DNA of 64,000 nt from an uncultured Thermoplasmata archaeon (GTDB lineage: Archaea; Thermoplasmatota; Thermoplasmata; RBG-16-68-12), in assembly GCA_963768855.1 (NCBI GenBank), contig CAVYJM010000006.1:288001-352000 (forward strand). The letters run 5' to 3'. The notes under the pieces were generated by a model. It had not been told where the DNA came from, made no database searches, and saw only the letters and a list, made by a program, of their open reading frames with translations. Numbering within the stretch: the first letter of the stretch is position 1; the number at the start of each line of letters is the position of its first letter. Positions 1-8,704 of the stretch are shown one piece after another. A program made the translations under genes and the position numbers.

Positions 1-219
1 CTTCTGGAACCGGCCGAAGGTCGAGAGGAGCATGAGCCCGCCGAGGAAGAACACGCCCGCGGAACACACGAGCCGCCACGATTCGAGATCCTGCCCGAAC
101 GGCCCGCTGGCGGTCAGGTCGGCGGTGAAGTAGAAGACGATCGCGGTCACGATGATCCAGAGCCCGATCACCATGGGCATCCAGACGCCGAGGATGCTCC
201 GGACCCGTTCGCGGTTCAT
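1..219 (-). CDS. Membrane protein, truncated at window edge (3' part missing)
   Basis: Hand translation MNRERVRSILGVWMPMVIGLWIIVTAIVFYF...; two hydrophobic segments; ATG overlaps the NAC stop (ATGA). Confidence 0.7.
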   Translation of the reverse strand, partial: MNRERVRSILGVWMPMVIGLWIIVTAIVFYFTADLTASGPFGQDLESWRLVCSAGVFFLGGLMLLSTFGRFQK

Positions 220-590
220 CGGCTCATCAGTCGGATGATCGCTTCCGCCGGCTCGCCGCCGCACTCCTCGAGCGCCTTGCGCGCTTCCTCGGCGGAGACG
301 CCGGCCTTCTCCGCGACGAGCGCGACATCCTCGTCCAGAATCGCCGAGGGCTCGCTGGGCGCTGCCTTCTTCGCGTCGGCACGGTCGCGGACGAGCGGCT
401 CGCCGATGATCTGCCAGATCTTCTGGCCCTGAGCGGTGATCGCAGTCACCGCCGCGTTGCGGATCACGTATTCCTTGTCGGCGGTGCGGATGACGACCTC
501 TTCGACCCCGTCGAGCTCCTCCTGCTCGATGCCCATGCGTTTCATCGCTTGACGCATCTGCTTGGGGTTCACGCGTCCGCCCGGAATCAT
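216..590 (-). CDS. nac: Archaeal nascent polypeptide-associated complex protein
   Basis: MIPGGRVNPKQMRQAMKRMGI...EEVVIRT NAC domain plus C-terminal UBA-like (EDVALVAEKAGVSAEEARKALEECGGEPAEAII); start moved to ATG at 590. Confidence 0.93.
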   Translation of the reverse strand: MIPGGRVNPKQMRQAMKRMGIEQEELDGVEEVVIRTADKEYVIRNAAVTAITAQGQKIWQIIGEPLVRDRADAKKAAPSEPSAILDEDVALVAEKAGVSAEEARKALEECGGEPAEAIIRLMSR

Positions 591-683
591 GGGGTCACCA
601 TCGTTGGCATGGTCAGGTTCCGGATAAAGGTTCTGCGGTGTCCTCTGGAATTCTCCCGCACCGCAGCGGTGCTCTTTCGCACG

Positions 684-691
684 TTTAAATA
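684..691 (+). promoter_or_regulatory. TATA box of ABCE1 (probably leaderless mRNA)
   Basis: TTTAAATA about 24 nt before the start at 715, in the divergent nac/ABCE1 gap. Confidence 0.55.
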
Positions 692-714
692 CGCCGGCCC
701 GCATCGACTTCTCG

Positions 715-2511
715 TTGCGAATCGCTGTAGTGTTCAAGGACCGGTGCCAGCCCAAGCGTTGTCATCTCGAATGCATCAGCTTCTGTCCGCCGCAACGGAC
801 GGGGACCGAAGTCATCTGGATCGACCCCGAAACAGCCAAGGCGACAATCAGTGAAGAAACATGCATTTCTTGCGGAATATGCGTGAAAAAATGTCCGTTC
901 GATGCCATTCGCATAATTGGACTCCCCGAGGAATTGAAGGAAGACTTGGTTCACCAATACGGCAAGAACGCCTTCCGGCTGTTCCGCCTTCCGGTCCCGA
1001 AGAAGGGCTCGGTCACAGGGCTTCTAGGACCGAACGGGATCGGGAAGACCACCACGGTGGGCATCCTGAGCGGCGAGACCGCGCCCAATCTCGGTCACTA
1101 CCGCCGCAAGAAGCCTCATTGGGACGAGGTGCTCGACTACTTCAAGGGCACCGAGCTCCACGACTATCTCGAGAAGATCTCAACGGGCCAGCTGAAAACG
1201 GCGATCAAGCCGCAGTACGTCGACCGGCTCAACAAGGTGTACAGCGGGCGGGTCCGCGAGCTCCTCGCCAAGATCGACACGGACAATCGCCTCGACTCCC
1301 TGATGGAGCCGCTGGGCCTCCCGAGCTTCCTCGATCGGGACATCGGCCAGCTCTCCGGCGGAGAGCTCCAGCGCGTCGCGATCGCCGCGACGATGCTGAA
1401 GGAGGCCGACGTCTACTTCTTCGACGAGCCGTCCTCCTACCTGGACATCTACCAACGACTCCAGGTCGCCAAGGTCATCCAGGGCCTTGCGAAGGAGAAA
1501 TACGTCGTCGTGGTCGAGCACGACCTCGCGGTTCTCGACTTCCTCGCGGAGACCGTGTACCTGATGTACGGCTCCGAGGGAGCCTACGGAATCATCGCGG
1601 AACCGCGGCCCGTCCGCACCGCGATCAACGTCTACCTGGGCGGCTACATGAAGGAAGAGAACATGCGCTTCCGGGACCGCGAGATCCGCTTCGAGTCCCG
1701 CCCGCCGCGGGGGGCCTGGAAGGCGGAGACCCTCGTGACCTTCGACTCCCTGACGAAGCGTTACGAGAACTTCGAGTTGACCGTGCAGCCGGGGAAGCTG
1801 CGCAAGGGCGAGGTCGTCGGTGTGGTCGGACCGAACGCGACCGGCAAGACGACGTTCGTCAAGATGCTCGCGGGCGAGGAGACGCCCACGACCGGCACGG
1901 TCCAGGGGAAGTGGCAGGTCTCCTACAAGCCGCAGTACCTCGAGTCCGCGTACGAAGGGACCGTGCGCGAGCTCTTCCTGAATGCGATCGGCAAGAAGGT
2001 GGAGTCGGGCTACTTCGACACGGAGATCCTCGAGCCCCTCAAGGTGAAGGGGATGCTCGAGCGCGACGTGGCCACGCTCTCCGGCGGCGAGCTCCAGCGG
2101 GTCGCGATCGCCCTCTGCCTCGGACGGGATGCGGACATCTACCTCATCGACGAGCCCTCAGCCTACCTCGATTCGAACCAGCGCATGGAGGCCGCCCGGA
2201 CGATTCGCCGGATCATGGAACGCGAGGCCCGCACGGGGCTCATCGTCGACCACGACGTCTACTTCATCGACATGGTCTCGGACAGCATCATGGTCTTCTC
2301 CGGCGACCCGGGCCGCACGGGTCTCGGTGAGGGCCCGTTCCCCATGCGGGATGGGATGAACCGGTTCCTCAAGATGGTCGGCATCACCTTCCGCCGCGAC
2401 GCGGACACGAACCGCCCGCGAATCAACAAGCTCGACTCCCGTCTGGACCGCGAGCAGAAGTCGTCCGGGGAGTACTACTACGCGGTCGAAGAAGCGGCGA
2501 ACGCCGGGTGA
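715..2511 (+). CDS. rli1: Ribosome recycling ATPase ABCE1/Rli1
   Basis: N-terminal Fe-S cysteines (CQPKRC, CISCGICVKKCP); two ABC domains (GPNGIGKT, LSGGELQR, GPNATGKT). Confidence 0.97.
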   Translation: MRIAVVFKDRCQPKRCHLECISFCPPQRTGTEVIWIDPETAKATISEETCISCGICVKKCPFDAIRIIGLPEELKEDLVHQYGKNAFRLFRLPVPKKGSVTGLLGPNGIGKTTTVGILSGETAPNLGHYRRKKPHWDEVLDYFKGTELHDYLEKISTGQLKTAIKPQYVDRLNKVYSGRVRELLAKIDTDNRLDSLMEPLGLPSFLDRDIGQLSGGELQRVAIAATMLKEADVYFFDEPSSYLDIYQRLQVAKVIQGLAKEKYVVVVEHDLAVLDFLAETVYLMYGSEGAYGIIAEPRPVRTAINVYLGGYMKEENMRFRDREIRFESRPPRGAWKAETLVTFDSLTKRYENFELTVQPGKLRKGEVVGVVGPNATGKTTFVKMLAGEETPTTGTVQGKWQVSYKPQYLESAYEGTVRELFLNAIGKKVESGYFDTEILEPLKVKGMLERDVATLSGGELQRVAIALCLGRDADIYLIDEPSAYLDSNQRMEAARTIRRIMEREARTGLIVDHDVYFIDMVSDSIMVFSGDPGRTGLGEGPFPMRDGMNRFLKMVGITFRRDADTNRPRINKLDSRLDREQKSSGEYYYAVEEAANAG

Positions 2512-2523
2512 TTCGTCCGCGGC

Positions 2524-3777
2524 CTACGGCGCGTGGCGGGCCACGGGCCGCCCGGCCCGCTCGGCGATGGGCTCGCCGTCTTCCACGATCCGCTCGCCCC
2601 GGAGGTATACGGTCCGCGGGAAGACGCCTTCCATGCCCTCGAACGGCGTCCAGCCGCACTTGTAGCGCACCCGGCGCGCGGTGATCTTCATCACGACGCG
2701 GGCGTCCACCACGACGAGGTCCGCGTCCGCCCCGACCTCGATGCGCCCCTTCGGGATGCCGAGGATCTCGGCGGGCCGCGCGGCCATCGAATGGACGAGT
2801 CGGTCCAGGGAGAGCTCGCCGGATCGGACCTGGCGCAGGAGCAGCGGGAGGGCCGTCGCAACTCCCGGAAGGCCGGAGGGCGCCTCGTCGAACGGCTCCT
2901 CTTTCTCCCCCTGGGTGTGGGGCGCATGGTCCGTCCCGACGACATCGATGCGACCCGCCGCGAATGCGGCCCACAGCGCCTTGCGGTCTTCGGGGGAGCG
3001 CAGGGGCGGGTTCACCTTCCCGAAGGCCTTCAGCGGTCGCGCGCAGTCGAGGAAGAGGTGGTGGGGCGTGACCTCCGTCGTCACGCCCTGCGGGATTGCG
3101 TCGAGCGCTTCCACGCACGTGACATGCGCGACGTGCAGCGGGCCGTCCACCCGGAGCTTGCCGAGCGTCTCGATCGCGCTCACCTCGGACTCCTTCGGTC
3201 GGGCCTGGGAATGTCCCGCCAGGGTCGTGGGTGGTTCCTTCTGGAATCGTGTGGCGTCCTCGGCGTGGGCGACGACCAGCGTGTGGGCCTCCCCGGCGGA
3301 TCGGAGCACCTCGCCCAGCGTGCCCTCATCGATCTGGAGCCCGCCGGTGCTCTCGGCCATGTAGACCTTGTACGCGGTCGCCTCGGAGAGCTGGGCCACG
3401 GACGCCTCGGACCGCGGAGCGGCGAAGAGGCCATAGTCGACGGCGGCCCGGCCGCGGACGCGGGCCCACTTCTTCCGGAGGCTCTCGGCCGTCGTGACAG
3501 GCGGGCGGGTGTTCGGCATGTCGACGACCGTCGTCACGCCGCCGAGGGCGGCGGACCGCGTCCCGCTCGGGAAGTCCTCCTTCTCCGTGAGTCCGGGATC
3601 CCGCAGGTGGACGTGCATGTCCACGCATCCCGGGAGGATGAGCGCGTCTCCGTGGTCCTCGACGTCCACGGACTCGAGGACTTTCTTGATCGCGACGATC
3701 GTGCCTTCCTCGTCCACTCCGATCTCCAGTGGTTCGACCCGGTCGCGGTAGTAGACGCGCCCCCGGATGACGCGCAT
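2524..3777 (-). CDS. pyrC: Dihydroorotase (amidohydrolase family)
   Basis: DMHVHLRDPG, DMPNT, HVAHVT, EVTPHHL, KVNPPLR, TDHAPH. Confidence 0.85.
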   Translation of the reverse strand: MRVIRGRVYYRDRVEPLEIGVDEEGTIVAIKKVLESVDVEDHGDALILPGCVDMHVHLRDPGLTEKEDFPSGTRSAALGGVTTVVDMPNTRPPVTTAESLRKKWARVRGRAAVDYGLFAAPRSEASVAQLSEATAYKVYMAESTGGLQIDEGTLGEVLRSAGEAHTLVVAHAEDATRFQKEPPTTLAGHSQARPKESEVSAIETLGKLRVDGPLHVAHVTCVEALDAIPQGVTTEVTPHHLFLDCARPLKAFGKVNPPLRSPEDRKALWAAFAAGRIDVVGTDHAPHTQGEKEEPFDEAPSGLPGVATALPLLLRQVRSGELSLDRLVHSMAARPAEILGIPKGRIEVGADADLVVVDARVVMKITARRVRYKCGWTPFEGMEGVFPRTVYLRGERIVEDGEPIAERAGRPVARHAP

Positions 3778-3781
3778 GGTC

Positions 3782-4405
3782 TCACGCCGTCTTCCGTCGC
3801 ACGATGGCGCCGCGGGGCTCGACTTCCTCGAAGATCTCGCTCTGGAACTTCTTCACCCGGGTCGACTCCTCGAGCCAGGCGTCGGGCATGAGGCCCGCCT
3901 TCATGCAGCATTCGGAGAGGAAGGTCTCCGCGTCCATGTGATGTTCCGTCGCGACCTGCGGCAGGAAGAGTCCGCGGAAGGCCCCCTGCGCCACGACGAT
4001 GCCGTCCTCGCCCAGCCGGATCTGCTTCGGCAGGTCCCGCTGCTTCTTCACCTCGATCGGCTGGGGTGGTGTGAGCAGACTGACCTCCACGACCACCTTC
4101 GGGAGCTCCTCCCGTTTCAGCGGCGGGAACCGCGGGTCCTCCGCGGCGCCCTCTGCACTCTTCACGACCGCCTTCAGCAACGGGAAGAACGGCTCCGGAT
4201 ACCCGATGCATCCGCGCAACCGCGCGTATGGATCCTCGACCCCGTGGTTGCTCAGCGTGACGAAGGCACCGGCCTTCTCTTCGAAGGTCTTGGGCACGAC
4301 GAAGGACCGCATCGTACGGTCCTCCACGAAGGCCTCGAGCGCCTCGCGGGCAATCTGGACCGCGAGGACTCCCTCTTGGTCCGTGTACCGCATCTTCACG
4401 GACAT
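3782..4405 (-). CDS. AMMECR1 family protein
   Basis: GAFVTL, LRGCIG, EDPRFPPL, GLFLPQVA, C..KAGL..DAW. Confidence 0.92.
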   Translation of the reverse strand: MSVKMRYTDQEGVLAVQIAREALEAFVEDRTMRSFVVPKTFEEKAGAFVTLSNHGVEDPYARLRGCIGYPEPFFPLLKAVVKSAEGAAEDPRFPPLKREELPKVVVEVSLLTPPQPIEVKKQRDLPKQIRLGEDGIVVAQGAFRGLFLPQVATEHHMDAETFLSECCMKAGLMPDAWLEESTRVKKFQSEIFEEVEPRGAIVRRKTA

Positions 4406-4511
4406 GCGGGGTGCGTCGCTTAACGTTGTCGCACGGACCTCTCACCCATGTCCCGCCGGCCTGACGCAAACCTTTTATCGCCCCCGGTCGCTAGGTCGCG
4501 TTGGTAGTGGC

Positions 4512-5045
4512 ATGAGAGCGCGCGTCCCCGTCGAGGAAATCATGAGCGCGAGTCCCATCACGATTCCGGTGGACGCCACGGTGGCCGAGGCCGCCGTCGT
4601 CATGCGCGACAAGGAGGTCGGCAGCCTGGTCGTGATCGACGGCGGGCGCCCCTCGGGGATTATTACGGAGCGGGACATCGTCACGAAGGTCGCGGCCGGG
4701 ATGCAGCCCTCGGATCATACGAGCGTTCGCGACGTCATGTCCTCCCCGCTGGTCGCGGTGCACCCGCACCAGGAGGTCGCGGAGGCCGCCAAGATCATGG
4801 CGGCGCGGAAGATCCGCCGCCTGCCCGTGATCAAGGAAGGCAAGCTCGTCGGCATGCTCACGGAGAACGACATCATCCGCGTGTGGCCGCAGCTCATCGA
4901 GGTGACGCGGGAGTGGGACCGGGCCGGCCTCGAGTCGCAGTTCGCGAAGGGCGTGGAGGGACACTGTGAGGCCTGTGGGGTGTACTCGACCCATTTGGTC
5001 TGGGACCGAAATCTGCTCGTCTGCCCGGAGTGCAGGAGCGGATAA
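4512..5045 (+). CDS. CBS-pair protein with C-terminal zinc ribbon
   Basis: Two CBS repeats (GIITERDI, RRLPV, GMLTENDI) then CEACG...CPEC; start at ATG 4512. Confidence 0.88.
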   Translation: MRARVPVEEIMSASPITIPVDATVAEAAVVMRDKEVGSLVVIDGGRPSGIITERDIVTKVAAGMQPSDHTSVRDVMSSPLVAVHPHQEVAEAAKIMAARKIRRLPVIKEGKLVGMLTENDIIRVWPQLIEVTREWDRAGLESQFAKGVEGHCEACGVYSTHLVWDRNLLVCPECRSG

Positions 5046-5058
5046 CCGGTAGAGAAAG

Positions 5059-5064
5059 TTTATA
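5059..5064 (+). promoter_or_regulatory. BRE/TATA promoter of the V4R-Roadblock pair
   Basis: AGAAAG-TTTATA about 26 nt before GTG 5090. Confidence 0.55.
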
Positions 5065-5089
5065 GACCGTCCTCCGGCTTTCGGCCGCA

Positions 5090-5497
5090 GTGGCCCGGCT
5101 CGTCAAGATTTCTCAAGAGGAACTCGACTCCGTGCGCAAGCTCTACGAGAGCGTCATGTCGTACGCATGCCACGGGCTCTTCTTCCGCGAAGGCATGGTC
5201 CTCGCCGACGAGATGGTGAAATCCCTCGCCCCGAACCAGGACCCGCTCGTCGCGGGACGGCAGATGATCCTCGACCGCGGCTGGGCGGAGGACGTCCTCT
5301 TCACGGACGCGGGCGCCCGCGTCCACGGTTCCATCGAGGTCTCCCCGGGATCGGAGATGGAGACCTGTCACCGGATTCGCGGGATCCTCTCCAAGGTCCT
5401 CGAGGCGAAGACGAAGCAGCGCATCCGCCTGAACGAGGTGGAGTGCGTGAGCACAGGGGCCAAGGAGTGCGTGTTCGAGCGGGAGGGAAGCTCGTGA
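5090..5497 (+). CDS. V4R (4-vinyl reductase) domain protein
   Basis: GSIE...TCHRIRGIL...EVECVSTGAKECVFE pattern. Confidence 0.82.
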   Translation: MARLVKISQEELDSVRKLYESVMSYACHGLFFREGMVLADEMVKSLAPNQDPLVAGRQMILDRGWAEDVLFTDAGARVHGSIEVSPGSEMETCHRIRGILSKVLEAKTKQRIRLNEVECVSTGAKECVFEREGSS

Positions 5498-5850
5498 CGA
5501 GCCTGGAAGAGATGGTCCGCGCACTCCGGGACGTGACCCAGGCGGAGGCGGTCGCGGTGATTAACCGCGACGGAGCGATCGTCGCGGCCGCCCTGCCGCC
5601 TTCCGTTTCCCCGGAAACGTTCTCGATTATGTGCGCCGCGATCCTCGGAGCGGGCATGACCGCGGCGACCGAGTTCCGACATGCCGCCCCGCACCGCGTC
5701 GTCTTGGAATCCAAGGACGCCACGATCATGATCGACGAAATCGGCCGACGTGCGATGCTCGTGCTCGTCGTAGCGCCCGAGCGGCCGACGGAGAACCTCG
5801 CCACCTCGATCTCGCGTTTCCGACAGGCGGTGGAGAAGGACCTCAGCTGA
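5494..5850 (+). CDS. Roadblock/LC7 (MglB-like) protein
   Basis: AVAVINRDGAIVAAALP...FSIMCAAILGAG...VVLES; GTG start overlaps the V4R stop (GTGA). Confidence 0.87.
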   Translation: MTSLEEMVRALRDVTQAEAVAVINRDGAIVAAALPPSVSPETFSIMCAAILGAGMTAATEFRHAAPHRVVLESKDATIMIDEIGRRAMLVLVVAPERPTENLATSISRFRQAVEKDLS

Positions 5851-5897
5851 CCGCTCCGTGGCAAGGATTAAGGCCGCGGCTCCGATGGGCGTGCCGC

Positions 5898-5970
5898 GGG
5901 CCCGTGGTCTAGTGGCTATGACGCGACTCTTACAAAGTCGAGATCGTCGGTTCGATTCCGGCCGGGCCCA
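5898..5970 (+). tRNA. tRNA-Val(TAC)
   Basis: Acceptor GGGCCCG/CGGGCCC; anticodon stem CGACT/AGTCG with loop CTTACAA; T-loop TTCGATT; no intron, CCA not encoded. Confidence 0.95.
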
Positions 5971-6018
5971 TGCTCGTCACGGTTTCCGCGACCGATCTCT
6001 CGAGTTCAGGCGGGCGTG

Positions 6019-6315
6019 CTATTCGTAGACGGCCGGAGCAGGCCCAAGAGTCTCTCCCTCGGGCTTCTCGACGGGCGTGAATTCCTGTGAGTTGCCCTCG
6101 ATGAAGGAGGCCGTCCGCTCCACGCCCGGGAGGTGACGGATATGGTTCGTCAGGACTCTCGCGAGCTCCTGCGTGGAGTCCGCCTCGACCTCGAGGAGAT
6201 ACTCGTAGTCGTCGAACAGATAGAAGACATGGCGCACTTGCTGGATCGCGCCGAGGTTGCTGAAGAACTCCGGTTCCTTTCCGGGCGCCACATTTGCGAG
6301 GACGAAACCCCACAT
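6019..6315 (-). CDS. Lrp/AsnC ligand-binding (RAM) domain protein without HTH
   Basis: MWGFVLANVAPGKE...YLFDDYEYLLEVEADS...HIRHLPGVERTASF; start could extend to 6393. Confidence 0.78.
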   Translation of the reverse strand: MWGFVLANVAPGKEPEFFSNLGAIQQVRHVFYLFDDYEYLLEVEADSTQELARVLTNHIRHLPGVERTASFIEGNSQEFTPVEKPEGETLGPAPAVYE

Positions 6316-6596
6316 GCTCTCAATCCATCCGGGAGGGCCGTTACCGCTCCCGACATGTATGCTAGGGTCTCGCACGCCGATGGACATTTCCAATATATTC
6401 CTGTAATTTCGATTCTGAAGAAAGTTCTAATATGTAGTTCAGGGCCGCAGGCATTTACTCGTTGTACGAGCGCGGCCACGGTCCGCGCGGCGGCCGTCAC
6501 GGCCCGATTCGTCGGCGAGCCGCTACCGCACACCCGTACTGTTCGGGCGGCAGGTTTAACCCTCGCACGAGCGATGGACATCTCCTGGGCAAGACC

Positions 6597-6824
6597 ATGT
6601 GTCTCGGGATTCCTGCTCGCGTACTGTCGGTGGATGGGTCCCAGGCTACCCTCGACCTCCGGGGGAGGAAGATCGTTGCGGACGCCAGCATGGTCGATGT
6701 GTCGCCGGGAGACTACGTGGTGAATTACGCGGGTCTGATCGTCCAGGTGCTCACTCGCGACGAGGCCGAGGAGACCCTGCGGCTCCTCGAGCAGGCGGAA
6801 CAGGACGGGCAGGTCTCGCGCTGA
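6597..6824 (+). CDS. hypC: Hydrogenase maturation chaperone HypC
   Basis: MCLGIPARV start; GDYVVNYAG (the usual His of HxG appears as Tyr). Confidence 0.88.
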   Translation: MCLGIPARVLSVDGSQATLDLRGRKIVADASMVDVSPGDYVVNYAGLIVQVLTRDEAEETLRLLEQAEQDGQVSR

Positions 6825-6878
6825 ACGTCGCTCCCATCGGGTCCGATCCTCCGAGGTCCTGGAATATACCTCCGTTCG

Positions 6879-6889
6879 GAAATAATTTC
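6879..6889. promoter_or_regulatory. Palindrome, possible operator upstream of hdrC
   Basis: GAAAT-A-ATTTC in an AT-rich patch of the hypC-hdrC gap. Confidence 0.25.
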
Positions 6890-7202
6890 ACCCGGCCGAA
6901 AATACCTTCTCAGAAGCGAAGTGTATAGACAACCATCAAAGTCCCTCAGACGGCTCCTCGTGACATCGTGTCGCAAGGTGCGGAAACTCTGTCCTGACGG
7001 AAGCGATGGCATGGGGCGGGTCCCGCAGGCGCATGAGGGGGCTTTGGGACTCTGAGCCGGCCGAGGGCGATGGACCACCGGAGCGCGGAGGCAGGATCCC
7101 CTCTCCCCATCCCACACCCGGTCCCCCGTCGAACGCGACTGTTACGGCGCCGTGGGTTTCCCGCCCGCGCGTCGCCGCTTGTACCGAGAGGGGCGTGGTC
7201 CA

Positions 7203-7829
7203 TTGGATGTCGTTCGGACCGTTAAGTACGAAGAGGAGCTGGACGCAGACTTCGCGAACCGGGTCGCCGCCGAGCCGGGTGGGGAGGCGATCTGGGGTTG
7301 TCTCCAGTGTGGCACATGCTCCGCGATTTGTCCGGTCTCCGTCTACATGGACCGGACGCCGCGTCGAATCATCGGCCTCATCCGTGGGGGATTCCGGGAC
7401 GAGGTCTTGGGGTCCCTCTCTATTTGGATTTGCACATCGTGCTACGCCTGCACGGTGGAGTGTCCGCAGAAGATCCGGATCACGGACATCATGTACATCG
7501 TCAAGCGCATGGCGATGAAGGAGACGACCTACCACCGGTTCGTCGTGCCCGCGGTGGAGGAAGCCTTCGTGAAGATGGTGCGGAAGAACGGCCGTCTCAC
7601 GGAGAGCCGCATGGGGATCAAGGTCGTGCGGAAGTCTGGCCTCCGTTCGGGTCTCGCGATGTTCCCGATTGCCTGGAAGCTCATGCGGAAGCACCGGATG
7701 CGGTTCCTCCACGTCGAGCGGATGGAGGATCCCGCCTCGCTCCGGGTGGTCCTGGACGCCCTCGAGGCGAACAAGTCCGGGCCTCAAGAGGCCGGGAGCG
7801 CTCCCGCCACGGGGCCGGTGGGAGCATGA
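7203..7829 (+). CDS. hdrC: Heterodisulfide reductase subunit C
   Basis: CLQCGTCSAICP and CTSCYACTVECP ferredoxin motifs; TTG start at 7203 is a guess (ORF open from 7152). Confidence 0.88.
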   Translation: MDVVRTVKYEEELDADFANRVAAEPGGEAIWGCLQCGTCSAICPVSVYMDRTPRRIIGLIRGGFRDEVLGSLSIWICTSCYACTVECPQKIRITDIMYIVKRMAMKETTYHRFVVPAVEEAFVKMVRKNGRLTESRMGIKVVRKSGLRSGLAMFPIAWKLMRKHRMRFLHVERMEDPASLRVVLDALEANKSGPQEAGSAPATGPVGA

Positions 7830-8704
7830 GCGACTACCTCTACTACCCGGGCTGCAGCCTCAAGGGCTCCGGCGCTCCCTACGAGAAGTCGCTCCTCGCG
7901 GTGTTCGGTGCCCTCGGGCAGAAGCTCACCGAGATTCCGAACTGGAACTGCTGCGGGGCGACCGCGTACCTCTCCGTCGACGCGGACATGGCCATCACGC
8001 TCGCGGCGCGCAACCTCGCTCTCGCCGAGCGGGTCGATGGGCAGGACGTCGTCGCCCCCTGCAGCGGTTGCTACCTCTCGCTAACGAAGGCGCGGGCGAT
8101 GCTCGCGGAGTATCCTGACGTCCGCGCGCGGGTGACGGAAGCCCTCGCGAAGGGGAACCTGTCCTACGACGGGCGGGTGGCCGTACGCCATCCCCTCGAC
8201 GTCCTCCTGACCGATGTGGGCGCGGACGCGCTCCGGAAGCGCGTGGTCCGGCCTTTGAAGAACCTCCGGGTGGCGCCCTACTACGGATGCGCGATCCTGC
8301 GTCCGTACCCGGGCGTGCCGGACGCCCAGACCCCCCACAGCCTCGAAGACCTCTGCCGGATCGTCGGCGCGATCCCGGTGGACTATCCCCAGAAGGCCCG
8401 CTGTTGCGGTGGCATGCTGACCTCCGGCGTGCCGGGCGTCGGGCTGCGCCTTGTCGAGATCCTCCTTTGCGAGGCGAAGGCGGCGGACGCCGACGCGGTC
8501 GTCACGACGTGTCCCCTGTGCCAGTACAACCTCGAGGTCTATCAGGACCGCCTCTGCAAGGCCAAGGGCAACGACCTCCGAGTGCCCATCCTCTACTTCA
8601 CCCAGATGCTCGGCATGGCGTTCGGGCTGGACGACCACGCCCTCGGGATGGACCAGCTCCTGCGCGTCCCACTCGTCGCGCCCTGCGCGGGGGTGAAGGC
8701 ATGA
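7826..8704 (+). CDS. hdrB: Heterodisulfide reductase subunit B
   Basis: Two CCG domains: YYPGC/NCCG/PCSGC and YYGC/CCGG/TCPLC; ATGA overlap with hdrC. Confidence 0.93.
   Translation: MSDYLYYPGCSLKGSGAPYEKSLLAVFGALGQKLTEIPNWNCCGATAYLSVDADMAITLAARNLALAERVDGQDVVAPCSGCYLSLTKARAMLAEYPDVRARVTEALAKGNLSYDGRVAVRHPLDVLLTDVGADALRKRVVRPLKNLRVAPYYGCAILRPYPGVPDAQTPHSLEDLCRIVGAIPVDYPQKARCCGGMLTSGVPGVGLRLVEILLCEAKAADADAVVTTCPLCQYNLEVYQDRLCKAKGNDLRVPILYFTQMLGMAFGLDDHALGMDQLLRVPLVAPCAGVKA

Noticed and set aside
7014-7166. Possible structured leader or riboswitch before hdrC
   Set aside because: Only 7-bp GC-rich pairings, which are expected by chance; no known aptamer motif
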